This document shows positions 27,948 to 39,475 of a DNA stretch of 64,000 nt, piece by piece (position 1 is the first letter of the stretch; the number at the start of each line of letters is the position of its first letter). This DNA comes from an uncultured Leptospira sp. (lineage in GTDB: Bacteria > Spirochaetota > UBA4802 > UB4802). The translations under genes were made by a program, and so were the position numbers. The stretch spans positions 30,311-94,310 of the forward strand of contig CAZDWJ010000001.1 in the NCBI GenBank assembly GCA_964509195.1, given 5' to 3'. Under the pieces are notes generated by a model, which was not told the DNA's origin, did not search any database, and saw only the letters and a program-made list of their open reading frames with translations.

Positions 27948-28401
27948 TGGCATCTATCATTGTTTCAGGGATATATGCTTTGCAATACAGCATATCACCG
28001 TCACTGAAAATAAAAACGGGCGAAGCATTTGCTATAGTTATAAGCCCAGTTTGAGAAGTTGAAAGCACTTTTGCAACAAGTACATCAATAAAGGGTTTAT
28101 GGGTTACTACAATTATATTTCTTTTTTCCTGTATTAAATACTGCATAATAGAATCGGGGCTATCTTTAGGATTTATTGATTTGTTGACAGCAACTTCGCA
28201 ATTAAATTTTTCAGCAACTATCGCCGCACTTTCATAAGACCGCAATATCCCGCTATGAATAACAATATCAGGTTTCCAATTAATTATATGCAGAAATTGA
28301 GCAAATTTATGAAACTGTTCTCTTCCTTTTTGAGACAAAGGCCGTTGTTGATTTATTGACGAATCCACTGCGTCACCATGTTGTATAATTATTGCTTCCA
28401 T
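27916..28401 (-). CDS. sixA: SixA-type phosphohistidine phosphatase (histidine phosphatase superfamily)
   Basis: N-terminus MEAIIIQHGDAV...RPLSQKGREQ matches the SixA RHG-type motif. The start is taken at this Met (the ORF track extends to 28422). Confidence 0.7.
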   Translation of the reverse strand: MEAIIIQHGDAVDSSINQQRPLSQKGREQFHKFAQFLHIINWKPDIVIHSGILRSYESAAIVAEKFNCEVAVNKSINPKDSPDSIMQYLIQEKRNIIVVTHKPFIDVLVAKVLSTSQTGLITIANASPVFIFSDGDMLYCKAYIPETMIDAIIRSFSSRQA

Positions 28402-28673
28402 TGTGGCCTCCATCAAAAACAAAAGACTTTATGTAAAAAACTCTACTGATATTTAGATTTATCATATATCATCAAATATTATTAATCAATTACTATTTAT
28501 TTATAAAATCATATTATCACACTTTTATAATATCCCCCGTCAGCATTCTGATTATGCAGATGTTCATTATTTACTTTTAAAGTTGACTTCATAACTATTT
28601 CAGATTAGAATACTACACACTATAACATTACCAGCCATAATCGCTATTTATTATTATTTATTATTGGATTATT

Positions 28674-29585
28674 ATGATGTTACTATCACCACTTATCAGA
28701 TACCTGAATAAGCAACGCCAGAAAAGATTATTCCCCAAAAAGAAGGTCCTTATTCTTGAAGGCGGTGGAATGCGAGGAGTTTTTTTAACTGGAGTTTTAC
28801 AAGCTTTTACGGACAGAGATTATTTCCCTTTTGAATTAATCATAGGATCATCAGCTGGCGCACTAACAGGAGTGGCATACTCTGCTGGTCAGATTTATCT
28901 GGCCAGGGATGCTTTTTTCGGAGTTCTATTGAGCGAGAGTTTTATAAAAATTTCAAATATACTACGGCCAACAAAGCATATACTAAATTTAGACTGGATG
29001 GTTTCAACAGTAATTGAAGGCAATGAGACATTAAACTTTCAATACCTTAAGCACTCAATACCAGTGTTGATAACCGCAACCGAATACAGTGATAATAACC
29101 CTCCTGAAACGGTATATCTTCATTCAAAGAAGGATGATATAATACCATCATTGAAAGCTTCTGCTGCAATCCCTGTATTGTATAGGGGCTTTATTGAATA
29201 TAACAACCGCAAACTCTGTGATGGAGGATTGCTTGATCCAATCCCTTACAAAAAAGCATTAAGCCTTGGCTATAAGGAAGAAGACATCCTGGTTGTTGTT
29301 ACCAGAAAAAAAGGGTATCGGAAAAAGGAAGAATCATTCTGGATAAGATATCTTATTGAAAATTATTTTAAGGACACAAAATACCGTTACTTAACTCAAG
29401 CTCTTGAAAATCGATATCTTATGTACAATGCAATCCTTGATGAGCTTGAACACAAGTATAAAAATATACGCATTATCTATCCACCTGATAATTTTATAGT
29501 AGACCGATTAACGCGCGACCCTAAAAAAATCCTGGAAGGATTTGAACAGGGTGTTCAGTGCGGTAAAAATTTCTTATTATCATAA
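28674..29585 (+). CDS. patatin-like phospholipase
   Basis: Oxyanion GGGMRG, nucleophile elbow GSSAG and catalytic Asp motif CDGG. Confidence 0.88.
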   Translation: MMLLSPLIRYLNKQRQKRLFPKKKVLILEGGGMRGVFLTGVLQAFTDRDYFPFELIIGSSAGALTGVAYSAGQIYLARDAFFGVLLSESFIKISNILRPTKHILNLDWMVSTVIEGNETLNFQYLKHSIPVLITATEYSDNNPPETVYLHSKKDDIIPSLKASAAIPVLYRGFIEYNNRKLCDGGLLDPIPYKKALSLGYKEEDILVVVTRKKGYRKKEESFWIRYLIENYFKDTKYRYLTQALENRYLMYNAILDELEHKYKNIRIIYPPDNFIVDRLTRDPKKILEGFEQGVQCGKNFLLS

Positions 29586-29592
29586 AACTATT

Positions 29593-30642
29593 TCACTGAA
29601 CCTGCACTTTATTAACTTCTTCTTTGATTTTTTCAATACTTTGCTTATGTTTCCCTTTAATTTCTTCATAGCTTTTTCTATATGCTTCTTTAATTGCCAT
29701 TATTGCTTCATAATTAGCTTTTTGCTGTTGAACAACCTTATCAGCCTGCTGTTTTACCTTATTAAAGGTGTTAAATATTTCCTGTCTTTTTTCCTTATAA
29801 CTCTGCAAAACATGGTCTACTGCTGCGTTGGCACAATCGCCTAAAAAATAATCATCAGCTATTAACGCTACCTTAGTTTCCAGCTCACTCATATCTTTTT
29901 CTAATTTTTTAGAATCCTTTTTCTTAGTGGATGATTGTTTAAATTTTTCTATCTCAGCTGATTGCATTGAGCTTCTTTGCTCCAGCATTCCCAGATATTC
30001 CTCATAACTTGCAGCAAATTTTTCAGGCTCAAGTACAAAATCTTTATCAGCAGTATTTTTCCACACTTCAGGGTTTTTGGGGTTTTCATCAAGCAATGGC
30101 TTTTGTGCAAGTTCAGCAGTAGCTTGCTCATCTCCACGTATATTTATTTCCCCATATGGATTAACTAATGCAAGCGCTCCCTCTTCCATATTAACTCTGG
30201 AATTTGAGCTATCACTAACCGCAACAAAAAACTCTGTTCCCCTGATTGCACATACAGTGGTTGGAGTATATACTTTCTTTGATTCACCCTTTTGTAATTT
30301 TGAAATTTTTGCCTTGATGACACCATTTATTACAGAAACATTCTCTTCTTTATCTTGTATTGCGGCAACCTTAACCTTTGTATTTTCAAAAATCCTCACA
30401 GTACTTTTGTCTGCAAACTGAAATTCAGTTATACTTGCGTTCTTTGTTACAACAATATCTCCCTGAGCCAGCTGCATTCCCACCACTGCAAGTGTCTGTT
30501 TACCATCACGTTCAATTACTACATCGCCAACCACAAAGCTTATTTCCAGTGCAAAAACACACTTGGCCGACAACAAAACAGTAACAATACATACTAAATA
30601 TATTATTATAATTGATAAAACTTTTTTCATTCTATCCTCCAC
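29593..30642 (-). CDS. secreted FecR-domain protein with C-terminal coiled coil
   Basis: Signal peptide, then a FecR-like beta region (FVVGDVVIERDG...AIRGTEFFV). The C-terminal ~150 aa is Lys/Glu-rich and helical. Confidence 0.65.
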   Translation of the reverse strand: MEDRMKKVLSIIIIYLVCIVTVLLSAKCVFALEISFVVGDVVIERDGKQTLAVVGMQLAQGDIVVTKNASITEFQFADKSTVRIFENTKVKVAAIQDKEENVSVINGVIKAKISKLQKGESKKVYTPTTVCAIRGTEFFVAVSDSSNSRVNMEEGALALVNPYGEINIRGDEQATAELAQKPLLDENPKNPEVWKNTADKDFVLEPEKFAASYEEYLGMLEQRSSMQSAEIEKFKQSSTKKKDSKKLEKDMSELETKVALIADDYFLGDCANAAVDHVLQSYKEKRQEIFNTFNKVKQQADKVVQQQKANYEAIMAIKEAYRKSYEEIKGKHKQSIEKIKEEVNKVQVQ

Positions 30643-30892
30643 CCATATTTTTTATAATATCTTTTGCCTCTATTATTCTTTGAATGTAAATAATTAATCT
30701 TTTTTAATAAATAAGTACTATTTTTATTCACGAAAGTGCAACATTTAATATCTTTGTTTTATTAAAATTATATATTGTACACATTATTTAGCCCTACACT
30801 ACAAACACATGGACAGAAGTAAATAAATATCTATCTATACCTCAAACACACTTTTTGGTTGAAGTATGTATACCCTTATTTATAAATATTTA

Positions 30893-32095
30893 CTAAGGAT
30901 TAAATTTCATCCCCAGCATTGTGACATCATCAACAAAGCGGTCCGCTCCACAAAACTCCTGGATTTTATCAAACAAAAATTCTATTAATTCTGGTATCTC
31001 AAGTTCCCTGTGTTCATCAATTAATTGCTGAAACCGCTTTTCACCAAGAATTCTATCAACCCTATCAGGGCACTCAAAGGCCCCATCAGAAAAAAATAGC
31101 AATTTATCACCAGGCAAAAGCTCAATACTTTTTGTTGCATACAGTGACGTATCAAATATTCCGACAAAGGGTCCTGTTGTTTCCATCCTTATAACCTGTC
31201 CATCAGAATGCACTACAATAGGTGCAGGCAAGCCGGCATTTACATACTCAAGGCGGGATTTCTCCAAATCAAAATGTGCAAAAAATATCGTTGCATAATT
31301 GTAGCTCATCATCTTTTGCGTCTGTATAAGGAACTGATTCATTTCTTTCAAAATGTCAGAAGGAGGCTTTGTTACATCTACAAATGTTGTGATAGCTGTC
31401 TTTACTATTGCTGAATAAAGTGCAGCAGGTACTCCGTGACCAGATACATCCGCAAAAATAAAAGAAAAATGCTTTTCGTCATGAATAATAAAATCAAAAA
31501 AATCACCACTTATTTTTTCTACGGGTTTGAATTTTAGATAGAATGTAAACTCTTTGATATCAGGAAAAACAACAGGGAAAAGACACTGTTGCAGGTTGCT
31601 AGCAATATCAAGCTCATTCTCAATCTGAATGGAACGTGCTTGTATTTGTGCATAGAGCCGTTCTAGTTCCTGGTTTTTTAATTTAAGTTCCTCTAGCAAT
31701 TTTATATTTTCTTTTATGAGTTTATGGCGTTCATAAGCCCTATGCACTGCAAGTGTTATCTGATCATTTTTAAAAGGTTTCAGTATAAAATCAAAAGCCC
31801 CTGCCTTTAGCGCTGATATTGCCACTTCAATGTCATTATACGCAGTGATAACAATTATGGGAACATTCTCATCAATTTCATGTACTTTGTGTATAAATTC
31901 CAATCCATTAATACCCGGCAGGTTCACATCGGTTATTATGACATCTGCAGAAGTAATAACCCCACTTTTCAATGCATCTTCGGCAGTATAAAAATTGCGT
32001 ACTTTATATTCATTTTCAAGAATAAACTTCAATACTTCATTAACCATCTCATCATCATCGATGATTATTGTAGTTGGCATTTCTATTTCTTTCAT
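30893..32095 (-). CDS. response-regulator receiver - PP2C (SpoIIE-type) phosphatase
   Basis: REC domain (IIIDDD, VIITDVNLPGINGLEF, ILKP), a coiled linker and PP2C motifs (SGDFFDF, FIFADVSGHGVPAA, LFFSDG, DDVTMLG). Confidence 0.88.
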   Translation of the reverse strand: MKEIEMPTTIIIDDDEMVNEVLKFILENEYKVRNFYTAEDALKSGVITSADVIITDVNLPGINGLEFIHKVHEIDENVPIIVITAYNDIEVAISALKAGAFDFILKPFKNDQITLAVHRAYERHKLIKENIKLLEELKLKNQELERLYAQIQARSIQIENELDIASNLQQCLFPVVFPDIKEFTFYLKFKPVEKISGDFFDFIIHDEKHFSFIFADVSGHGVPAALYSAIVKTAITTFVDVTKPPSDILKEMNQFLIQTQKMMSYNYATIFFAHFDLEKSRLEYVNAGLPAPIVVHSDGQVIRMETTGPFVGIFDTSLYATKSIELLPGDKLLFFSDGAFECPDRVDRILGEKRFQQLIDEHRELEIPELIEFLFDKIQEFCGADRFVDDVTMLGMKFNP

Positions 32096-35000
32096 CTATC
32101 GAACACCATCATATATACCTTTTAATGTGCGACTATATAAACGAATTCCCATCCAGTAGGCAGGATGTTTAAAACGTTTGTCTTTCTTCAAATATTGTTG
32201 CGCTGATATTAATGAATTAACAATGCTTTCTAATGTAACAGCTTTGCAAAATTCCCTTATGAAAATTATTCTGTTAACATCTGCAACTGAAGTATTCAAC
32301 AGAATATACTTCCCCATTTCTTTTTGAATCATGAACAACAAATAATTATATGGAATCTGTAATGTATTGCTCAAATTGATAAATAAAAAGTTTGTTTGTA
32401 ACATATAATCATTAATCATCAACTCTTTTTTAAGATTATTATACTCAACAGGCACATCAACAATCATTATTCCTTTTGCTATCGTATCAAATGTAAACGC
32501 TAAACCCGATTGTTTGAGCGCTGACACAATCAGTGGATTTCTGGTGTTGTCCACATTAATCCATGTAATAGGGGCAACAGTCCCGTTCTCATCCAGCGCT
32601 GTTACCAGACAGGGCATAAAATTGATAGCCATATCACTTTTATTAAATTGAATTATTTCATACGGTATAGATTCAGTATATGCATCAGGAATAACAACAA
32701 TGGAAGTATAGCCACTGAGTTCCCTAATGACTGGTTTCATGATATCACTGATTGCCGCTTCTGTATCAAATGTCTGCTGCAATAATCCAACCCGGTTATA
32801 AAAATCAGCAACAATACCATATAATTGTGTATAAGCATTTTGCAACCGCACTGGTTGTATAAATGTTTTTGTTATTATCCAGGCAAAAATATCATTTTCA
32901 TTTTTTGTTATGTATAATAAGGCTGTCTGTCGGGGAATATTTTTTTGAATATCAATAATTGGGAAATTTTTTGCGATGAGTTCATTATAAATACTTTTAT
33001 ACCTGTTATTTTCATTAAATGTTGCTATGCCGATTATCATCCTTTGCAATTCAGCATACCGCAGTGCCTCACGTTGATTCCCTCTGCTCATTGCATACGA
33101 TATTGCATAATTGATAAGTTTATCCAGCAAATACTTATATTCAGCATAATACCACTGTATGACATCCCCTTGCAAGCTGCCTACCAGTACATCAATATTC
33201 TTGGCGATAATTTGTAACAAAGTACTCTCAGCAGTTTTTTCTGTAGAAATTTTTTGGAGTTGTATGTTCAGATCAAAAAGTGTATATAATGGTGCATCCC
33301 AGGTAGCCATCTTGCTTTCATTTAAAAGTTTTTGCGCTTCACCAGTTTTTCCTGTCATTATCGCCGAATAAATATAATTTGCATACCATATCTTTTCCAA
33401 TTCAAATGGCACCTGTTTCAAACTTTTGCAGGAATCATATGCCTGAACAAAATTATTTGTTTTTTGATATGCATTGATTTTATTGAGAGCTACAATATGA
33501 GATACAATCATACCCTTTTGTGTAGCAACTGCATCGATATACTGCAATGTTCTTGAAGGAATAGCACTATTTAGTATTGTGGCCAATTTTGCAGTTGTGA
33601 ATTGTATATCAAGCCAGCACATTTTATTGCTTTTTTCAGCAATGAGCATGATGTGCTGCCATTCCTCATTGCTTATAGCTGGCTTTTGTGTTATAATTTC
33701 AAGGATAGCAAAAGGATATATAGTACTGTATTCTTCGACTACATTTGCAGGGTTGGCACTATAATTTTCTAGCTCTGTTGTTTTTATCATTTTATATGCT
33801 ACTGTGTTAGTATGAAAATCAATAGAATATCCTAAATTGTGAGCAACTAACAACTCTCGCTGAGAGGGAATATAATCTGCTTTATACAGCTTCATTATTG
33901 TTTTAGCTTTCTCACTTTCACCTAAGAGGTAAGCTCCCTGTGCATACAGTAATAGCAATTGACTAACAGGTAAAATTGAAATGCTTTGCTTTGGGATTTC
34001 AATACTGTCAGGAAGTTTTTCTTTATACTTATTTGCTTTAATTAATGCTTTATACACAATGTAATCAAAAGTCTGTGCCAGTCGTGAATCAGCAATTATT
34101 TTCTCTGCACTATTACTATCACCTTTTAAAAGGTACACATACGCACTATATGATATAGCATTTGTACTATCTTGAGATCGTATCAACTCTAATGCTTCGT
34201 CTAATTTATTCATATAAATCAAAACTTGAATTTTTTTCTCACTATACTCTTTTAAGGTTAAGCCAGCTCTCCTCCACCGTTGCAAAGCTGATAGTGCTTC
34301 ATCATACTTCCCACTCACCAGAGCATCATTAAACTCTTTTTGCTTTTTCTGAACAACCTTCTGTACATTGTCATCTCTTACTTTTTTTGAATCTGGCACT
34401 TTTCCAAGCACTATTACTTTTTCTTTCAGAGAGTCAACCAAACTCAAATCATTATTAAGAAACGACACTACAAGATTTTGAGTATCCTTTCCCGAATATA
34501 GTATAACAGTAGCTATATGTGAATATAAAGCGGCATCTGCTAAAAGCATTAATTCATCAGCTTTAATTGTTTCCATATATTTTAAAAGTGCAGAGCATTC
34601 TGTTTTGTTTGCATAACAGTAATGTGGTGTAATAGCAATAACAGGTTTATCCGTATCAACAATATATTCAGATTCATTTATGTTGCTGGTGACATTTTCA
34701 AAATTTGGAAGCTTTGTGTCTGTAGCAATCTTACCCTCTGGCAACCACACTAACCGTTCAGCATCAGCTACCCGTGAAATAGAGGGCACACACCCCAGCC
34801 CGTTTAACACAGAATTACTAATATTGGTATGAACTGCAATGAATGCATCATTAAGTATACAATATATTTTACCACCCAATGGTTGTAGAAATTTTCTCAC
34901 ATCTTCAGATAATTCCTTTGACCATGGTGATTTTGAAATTAATTTCCAGTCAATTGTATTTTTATATACCACCCAGCCATAGAGTGCATTGTTCAAAAGA

Positions 35001-38000
35001 TAAAAATGTACTACAGGCAATTCAGAAGCTTGGGGTGCATACACACCCAAATAGGGTGACAAGTATACAGAGACAGAAGCTTTATACTCAGAAAGTTTTT
35101 TGTACTGCGATGTAATTGATGCTTTATATTTTTCAACACTATCTTCTTCAAGAATTGCTTTTGTAAGTTTTTGCTCTAAATCCTGTATGGTAAAACATGT
35201 TTTTAAATATTTGTTGTAAAGAATAGTATCACTTTCATTATAAAAATAAGGGATAGATAACGCATTAAAAGCCATTGTTACTATTTGTTTGCGCTCCTGA
35301 ATTGCATACGCCTCTTTATAACGTTTATTGTTTATTAATTCATCTGTATAAGAATCATAAAGTTTTTGTATAAACTCTTTTTTCATGGCATAAAGAGGTG
35401 GCAGCAATTCAACTCGTTGCAATACTCCAGCTATGAGCTTATCTGTATTCTCTATAAGCTGCTTGATTTCTTTATACATGTGTGCCAAATCCCACAGCGT
35501 TGCTTCAGCAGTCCACAGCAAATCCTTTGACTGGATTTTATTAGCCTTAAACCGTGCACTGATGATATCATCATATCCTTCCCTAAACTTGCCAGCACGT
35601 ATTCTGCATATTCCTCTATTAATGAGCAGCTTAACAACATATTCCTGATGTAAAGCATCATTCCCATAGTAGCTAATAGCTGTAGAAAATAATTTTTCAG
35701 CATCCCTGTAATATTGAATGATTACATTAACTTTTGAAGAGTAGCTGGCATCGCCAGTTGATTCTAGACTCTGCTCCATGATTGCAGCTTTATGCATGTA
35801 CAAAATCGCAGATAAAGCATCAAATTTAATGCTATAAGCTTCTACCTGCTTGGTTGCCTGTTCCTTTAACACAGCTATATCTTGGTCAGATACCTTTTTC
35901 TTTTGAGCCTTCATCTTATTTGTATACTCATCGACAAGTGCAGTATACACTTTTTCATACATATTGCTTTTTTGCTGCGCAATTATCTCAAGAGCGTCAT
36001 CAAGGCCTGCATTCTGTTGTATAGAATTTTTCAGGCTGGAAGTATAACAGTATGACCATTGAACCAGGATTTGATATATTTTATCAATTGTTATGTTTTT
36101 ATCTTTTGCAACAGTCAGTGCTCTATCGTATAATTCCAGAGCTTTACTCATAGACCCTGCTTGGGCATAACAGTACCCTGCATTATAGAGGGCAGTAAAG
36201 TGCGCATCGGCCATTAATGAAGTTTTTTGTTTTTTTGTTATTTCAGCTACTGCTAAATAGTGCGCTACCGACTCCTGAAATCTGCCACCCTTTGCATATA
36301 TATCTGCCTGCATATTATTGATAAGGACTTCCATTTCTGTACCCGATAGCTGGGAGACTATTTTCCCTTCACCAATAACAACAGTGTCCTGTCCAAGGTC
36401 ATAGAAGTAAACAGGCCCAAGCCCGGCAAATTTCCAGCCAATTTTATACTGCACTGAGGTTTCCTTTTGTAATGAGCGTCTGGCAAGTTCAAGATATACA
36501 AGCGCCTGGCTATCATTATCCATTCTGCGATAACATTCGGCTATCTCTATATATAGACGGGAAGGGCTTTCACCAATTTGAAAACGCGTTATTTGTATCA
36601 AGGCTTTACTATACCACTCAATGGTCTTATCATAATTTCCCTGCATCCGTTCAAAAAGGGCAAAATACTTATACAATGTGTACAGTGTCTCTGCAATTGC
36701 AGACTCATTTTTCTGAGCTATCGCCCTATAGACAGCATAGGCTTTTTGCATTGATGAATGTGCACCTGCATAATTGCCCTGTTGCCACAAGCAATAGCCG
36801 TAATGATAATAAAATAACGCTTCTTCTTTTAAATTTGAAAAAACCTTTTTAAATTCAATCGCTTTAGCATAATTGCGTGCAGCTAAATTAAAATTTTTCA
36901 AAAGAAAATAGATATTGCCTGTATTACAATAAATATCAGCTTCTCTTTGAGGGTTGATGTTTTCATCATTTGCAGCCAGTGCCTTCTCATACATGGGTAT
37001 AGTTTTCTCCCACAGATACTCAGGGAAATATGCATCAATTACACGTTTCTTAGATGGGAAAAGAACTCTAAGCTCATCAATATACTGATATATCCACCCT
37101 TTGAGTAAATATGCATCCACAAACATATCATCTATGAAAAGTGACCAATCAATATGTCGCAAAGCACTTGAAAATAATCCAAGAAGTGTTTCAAATTCCT
37201 GTGAAGATCTGCCATCCATGGCTTCTGGGGAAGGTGCCAGTTCTTGCGCCTGTTTTACATAGATATATCCCAGTCCATATATGTGAGCCTTATCAAAATC
37301 CATCCGCGCAATAGGCAATCGTTCCAAGTATTCCTTTTCAATATTGTTTATTGAGCTGCTCTGCAATAATGCCAGCATTGCATTAATATACCCTGTGTGA
37401 GCATCTGGTGCGTGTGCACTGTATATATCTCTATATCGCCGTTTGAGATGCAGTAGTGTATTCATGGTTATGTAGCGCTTATATAATGCTGCTGCATCTT
37501 TGAAATTACCTTCAGCGCCGAGTCTTTGTCCGGTGTTTTCAAAATATTCAATGAGTTGCTCTATAATAGAACGTATATCCTGCTTCCACTGTGCCTGATA
37601 ATTATTGACTGCAGCTTCATAGCACACAACCCACTCATCATTTTTTTGGACATAGTATAATTGCCCCAACGTTACATTAATTAAAAAATATGCAACATCA
37701 AGCTTCTTGGTATGTTCCAGCCCCTGTTTCAAAAGCGTTATTGCTTCATCATTGCGTGACAGTTCAATTAATCCTGCTGCTGCTACATAATTCATGATGG
37801 TTTTCACAATTGGCACAGTATATCGCCCGGCGGCTTCCAACGCTTTTGTATATCTTTCCTGAGCTGGGATATTTTTTGTATTTTCTATGATCTCAACAGT
37901 AATGGCATTTTTCAGATAGGTGTATGAAGATTGCAGTACAGCAATCCATTCTTCTGGTATGGTAAATGTGTTATACGCTAGTAACCCCGCCTTATAACGT

Positions 38001-39475
38001 ACATACATTAAACGGGTGTAATTGGGGTATTTTGCGATAATGTTGCTGTATATGCTCCTGGCTCTGTCATACATTTTTTCGTTTACATATACATCAGCCA
38101 GCTCTTCCATAAAGAATGGTGCTAGCTTTTCATCATTTTGCGCCGACAGTTCCTTAACACTATTCTCAAGCAAGGATATCTTTTCCCTGTCTTTCACAGT
38201 TTTTATTCGTGAGTAAATGAGCGCAGGCTTACTGTCAGATGCCATATCAGCAAGAATAGATGAAACAAATGAATACTGCTTTACGTACGATAGCTCATAC
38301 AATGCTTTAGCAATAACTATCTTAGAATCAGCATCATTTGCTTCTTTGAAAAAATGATATGTTGCAAACAGGCATCGCAGGTAGCGCTCTTCATCGTCAA
38401 AATCCTCTTTATACTTCAATGCAAGCTCATACTGCCGCTGTGCATTCTTTTGTTTTGGTATTATCCCGGTATGGGGGATCATGGCAATGTTAATAAACTT
38501 ATCCTCAACAATGCTGTACACAATCACACCTTCAGCATACGGCACCCAGCGTGGTGTTGCAGAAGGCTCTTCAATAAGCGTCAGGGGATATTCTTCATTT
38601 TTGTTTACATTATACCCATACAGCATACCCCTATCATTGGCATCCACTATACCATCGTTGTTGGTATCATACTGAATGCGTATGAAATAAATTTCATTAC
38701 TGCTTTTCCCAAAGCTGGGCGATAGCTCTACATATTTGTTATTGGTGATCTGATTAATTTCACCTGTCACAAGATTAATTGTGAATACATTGCTTCCCAT
38801 GCGGCTTTTTTTCACAAATATAAGTTCTTTGCCATCACTGGAAAAGCGTGGCTGCATTCCCTCTGTAATCTTGCGGATACCAGTACCTTCCCTCCCCATA
38901 ATATAGATGGATTCTTCACCATCACGGGTGGAAGAAAACGCAATGAATTTGCCATCAGGCGAAAAACAGGGAGAGGCATCACGTACCGGCCTGACAGCTC
39001 CCGAAAGAGGATCTTTTATGACAGTAATATTTTTTGATGGCACTTCCTGATCGCCCTGTGCAATTATCTTTTCTGGATCAAGTTTTATGATAAAGATATC
39101 GCCTTCAGGGTCATCACGTGTGGAAACAAACGCACACCATTTGCCATCCATTGCTATATCTGGCGAGAAATCACGTGCAGGATGCATGGTCACACGAACC
39201 GTAGTAATGTCATTAAGTGCACGCAGGTAGATATCAAAATTATTTCGTTCTTTATTTGATGCATAAATAAAAAACTTTCCATCAGCTGTTATACTGCCAC
39301 TAACATTAACCGACCGCTCAAAGGTAAGTGGAATAGAACGGCCTGTCCCAAAACGGTATTCCTTTGTCAATACCTGTGAATAATCAAATGGTATATCACG
39401 GTATGCTGTTGATGCACATCCCATGAAGACGAATAACAGCAGTACAAATGGCACTCTTTTCATTTTTTTACCCAT
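32096..39475 (-). CDS. 2459-aa lipoprotein: TolB-type beta-propeller + extended TPR array + degenerate CHAT-like C-terminal modules
   Basis: Lipobox LFVFMGCAS and PD40-type repeats (SPDIAMDGKWCAFVS, SPCFSPDGKFIAFSS, PRFSSDGKELIF). Many TPR-like units follow. The C-terminus has CHAT hallmarks IVVIPDAYTESIPYEII and FKHPAYWMGIRLYS. Confidence 0.7.
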   Translation of the reverse strand: MGKKMKRVPFVLLLFVFMGCASTAYRDIPFDYSQVLTKEYRFGTGRSIPLTFERSVNVSGSITADGKFFIYASNKERNNFDIYLRALNDITTVRVTMHPARDFSPDIAMDGKWCAFVSTRDDPEGDIFIIKLDPEKIIAQGDQEVPSKNITVIKDPLSGAVRPVRDASPCFSPDGKFIAFSSTRDGEESIYIMGREGTGIRKITEGMQPRFSSDGKELIFVKKSRMGSNVFTINLVTGEINQITNNKYVELSPSFGKSSNEIYFIRIQYDTNNDGIVDANDRGMLYGYNVNKNEEYPLTLIEEPSATPRWVPYAEGVIVYSIVEDKFINIAMIPHTGIIPKQKNAQRQYELALKYKEDFDDEERYLRCLFATYHFFKEANDADSKIVIAKALYELSYVKQYSFVSSILADMASDSKPALIYSRIKTVKDREKISLLENSVKELSAQNDEKLAPFFMEELADVYVNEKMYDRARSIYSNIIAKYPNYTRLMYVRYKAGLLAYNTFTIPEEWIAVLQSSYTYLKNAITVEIIENTKNIPAQERYTKALEAAGRYTVPIVKTIMNYVAAAGLIELSRNDEAITLLKQGLEHTKKLDVAYFLINVTLGQLYYVQKNDEWVVCYEAAVNNYQAQWKQDIRSIIEQLIEYFENTGQRLGAEGNFKDAAALYKRYITMNTLLHLKRRYRDIYSAHAPDAHTGYINAMLALLQSSSINNIEKEYLERLPIARMDFDKAHIYGLGYIYVKQAQELAPSPEAMDGRSSQEFETLLGLFSSALRHIDWSLFIDDMFVDAYLLKGWIYQYIDELRVLFPSKKRVIDAYFPEYLWEKTIPMYEKALAANDENINPQREADIYCNTGNIYFLLKNFNLAARNYAKAIEFKKVFSNLKEEALFYYHYGYCLWQQGNYAGAHSSMQKAYAVYRAIAQKNESAIAETLYTLYKYFALFERMQGNYDKTIEWYSKALIQITRFQIGESPSRLYIEIAECYRRMDNDSQALVYLELARRSLQKETSVQYKIGWKFAGLGPVYFYDLGQDTVVIGEGKIVSQLSGTEMEVLINNMQADIYAKGGRFQESVAHYLAVAEITKKQKTSLMADAHFTALYNAGYCYAQAGSMSKALELYDRALTVAKDKNITIDKIYQILVQWSYCYTSSLKNSIQQNAGLDDALEIIAQQKSNMYEKVYTALVDEYTNKMKAQKKKVSDQDIAVLKEQATKQVEAYSIKFDALSAILYMHKAAIMEQSLESTGDASYSSKVNVIIQYYRDAEKLFSTAISYYGNDALHQEYVVKLLINRGICRIRAGKFREGYDDIISARFKANKIQSKDLLWTAEATLWDLAHMYKEIKQLIENTDKLIAGVLQRVELLPPLYAMKKEFIQKLYDSYTDELINNKRYKEAYAIQERKQIVTMAFNALSIPYFYNESDTILYNKYLKTCFTIQDLEQKLTKAILEEDSVEKYKASITSQYKKLSEYKASVSVYLSPYLGVYAPQASELPVVHFYLLNNALYGWVVYKNTIDWKLISKSPWSKELSEDVRKFLQPLGGKIYCILNDAFIAVHTNISNSVLNGLGCVPSISRVADAERLVWLPEGKIATDTKLPNFENVTSNINESEYIVDTDKPVIAITPHYCYANKTECSALLKYMETIKADELMLLADAALYSHIATVILYSGKDTQNLVVSFLNNDLSLVDSLKEKVIVLGKVPDSKKVRDDNVQKVVQKKQKEFNDALVSGKYDEALSALQRWRRAGLTLKEYSEKKIQVLIYMNKLDEALELIRSQDSTNAISYSAYVYLLKGDSNSAEKIIADSRLAQTFDYIVYKALIKANKYKEKLPDSIEIPKQSISILPVSQLLLLYAQGAYLLGESEKAKTIMKLYKADYIPSQRELLVAHNLGYSIDFHTNTVAYKMIKTTELENYSANPANVVEEYSTIYPFAILEIITQKPAISNEEWQHIMLIAEKSNKMCWLDIQFTTAKLATILNSAIPSRTLQYIDAVATQKGMIVSHIVALNKINAYQKTNNFVQAYDSCKSLKQVPFELEKIWYANYIYSAIMTGKTGEAQKLLNESKMATWDAPLYTLFDLNIQLQKISTEKTAESTLLQIIAKNIDVLVGSLQGDVIQWYYAEYKYLLDKLINYAISYAMSRGNQREALRYAELQRMIIGIATFNENNRYKSIYNELIAKNFPIIDIQKNIPRQTALLYITKNENDIFAWIITKTFIQPVRLQNAYTQLYGIVADFYNRVGLLQQTFDTEAAISDIMKPVIRELSGYTSIVVIPDAYTESIPYEIIQFNKSDMAINFMPCLVTALDENGTVAPITWINVDNTRNPLIVSALKQSGLAFTFDTIAKGIMIVDVPVEYNNLKKELMINDYMLQTNFLFINLSNTLQIPYNYLLFMIQKEMGKYILLNTSVADVNRIIFIREFCKAVTLESIVNSLISAQQYLKKDKRFKHPAYWMGIRLYSRTLKGIYDGVR

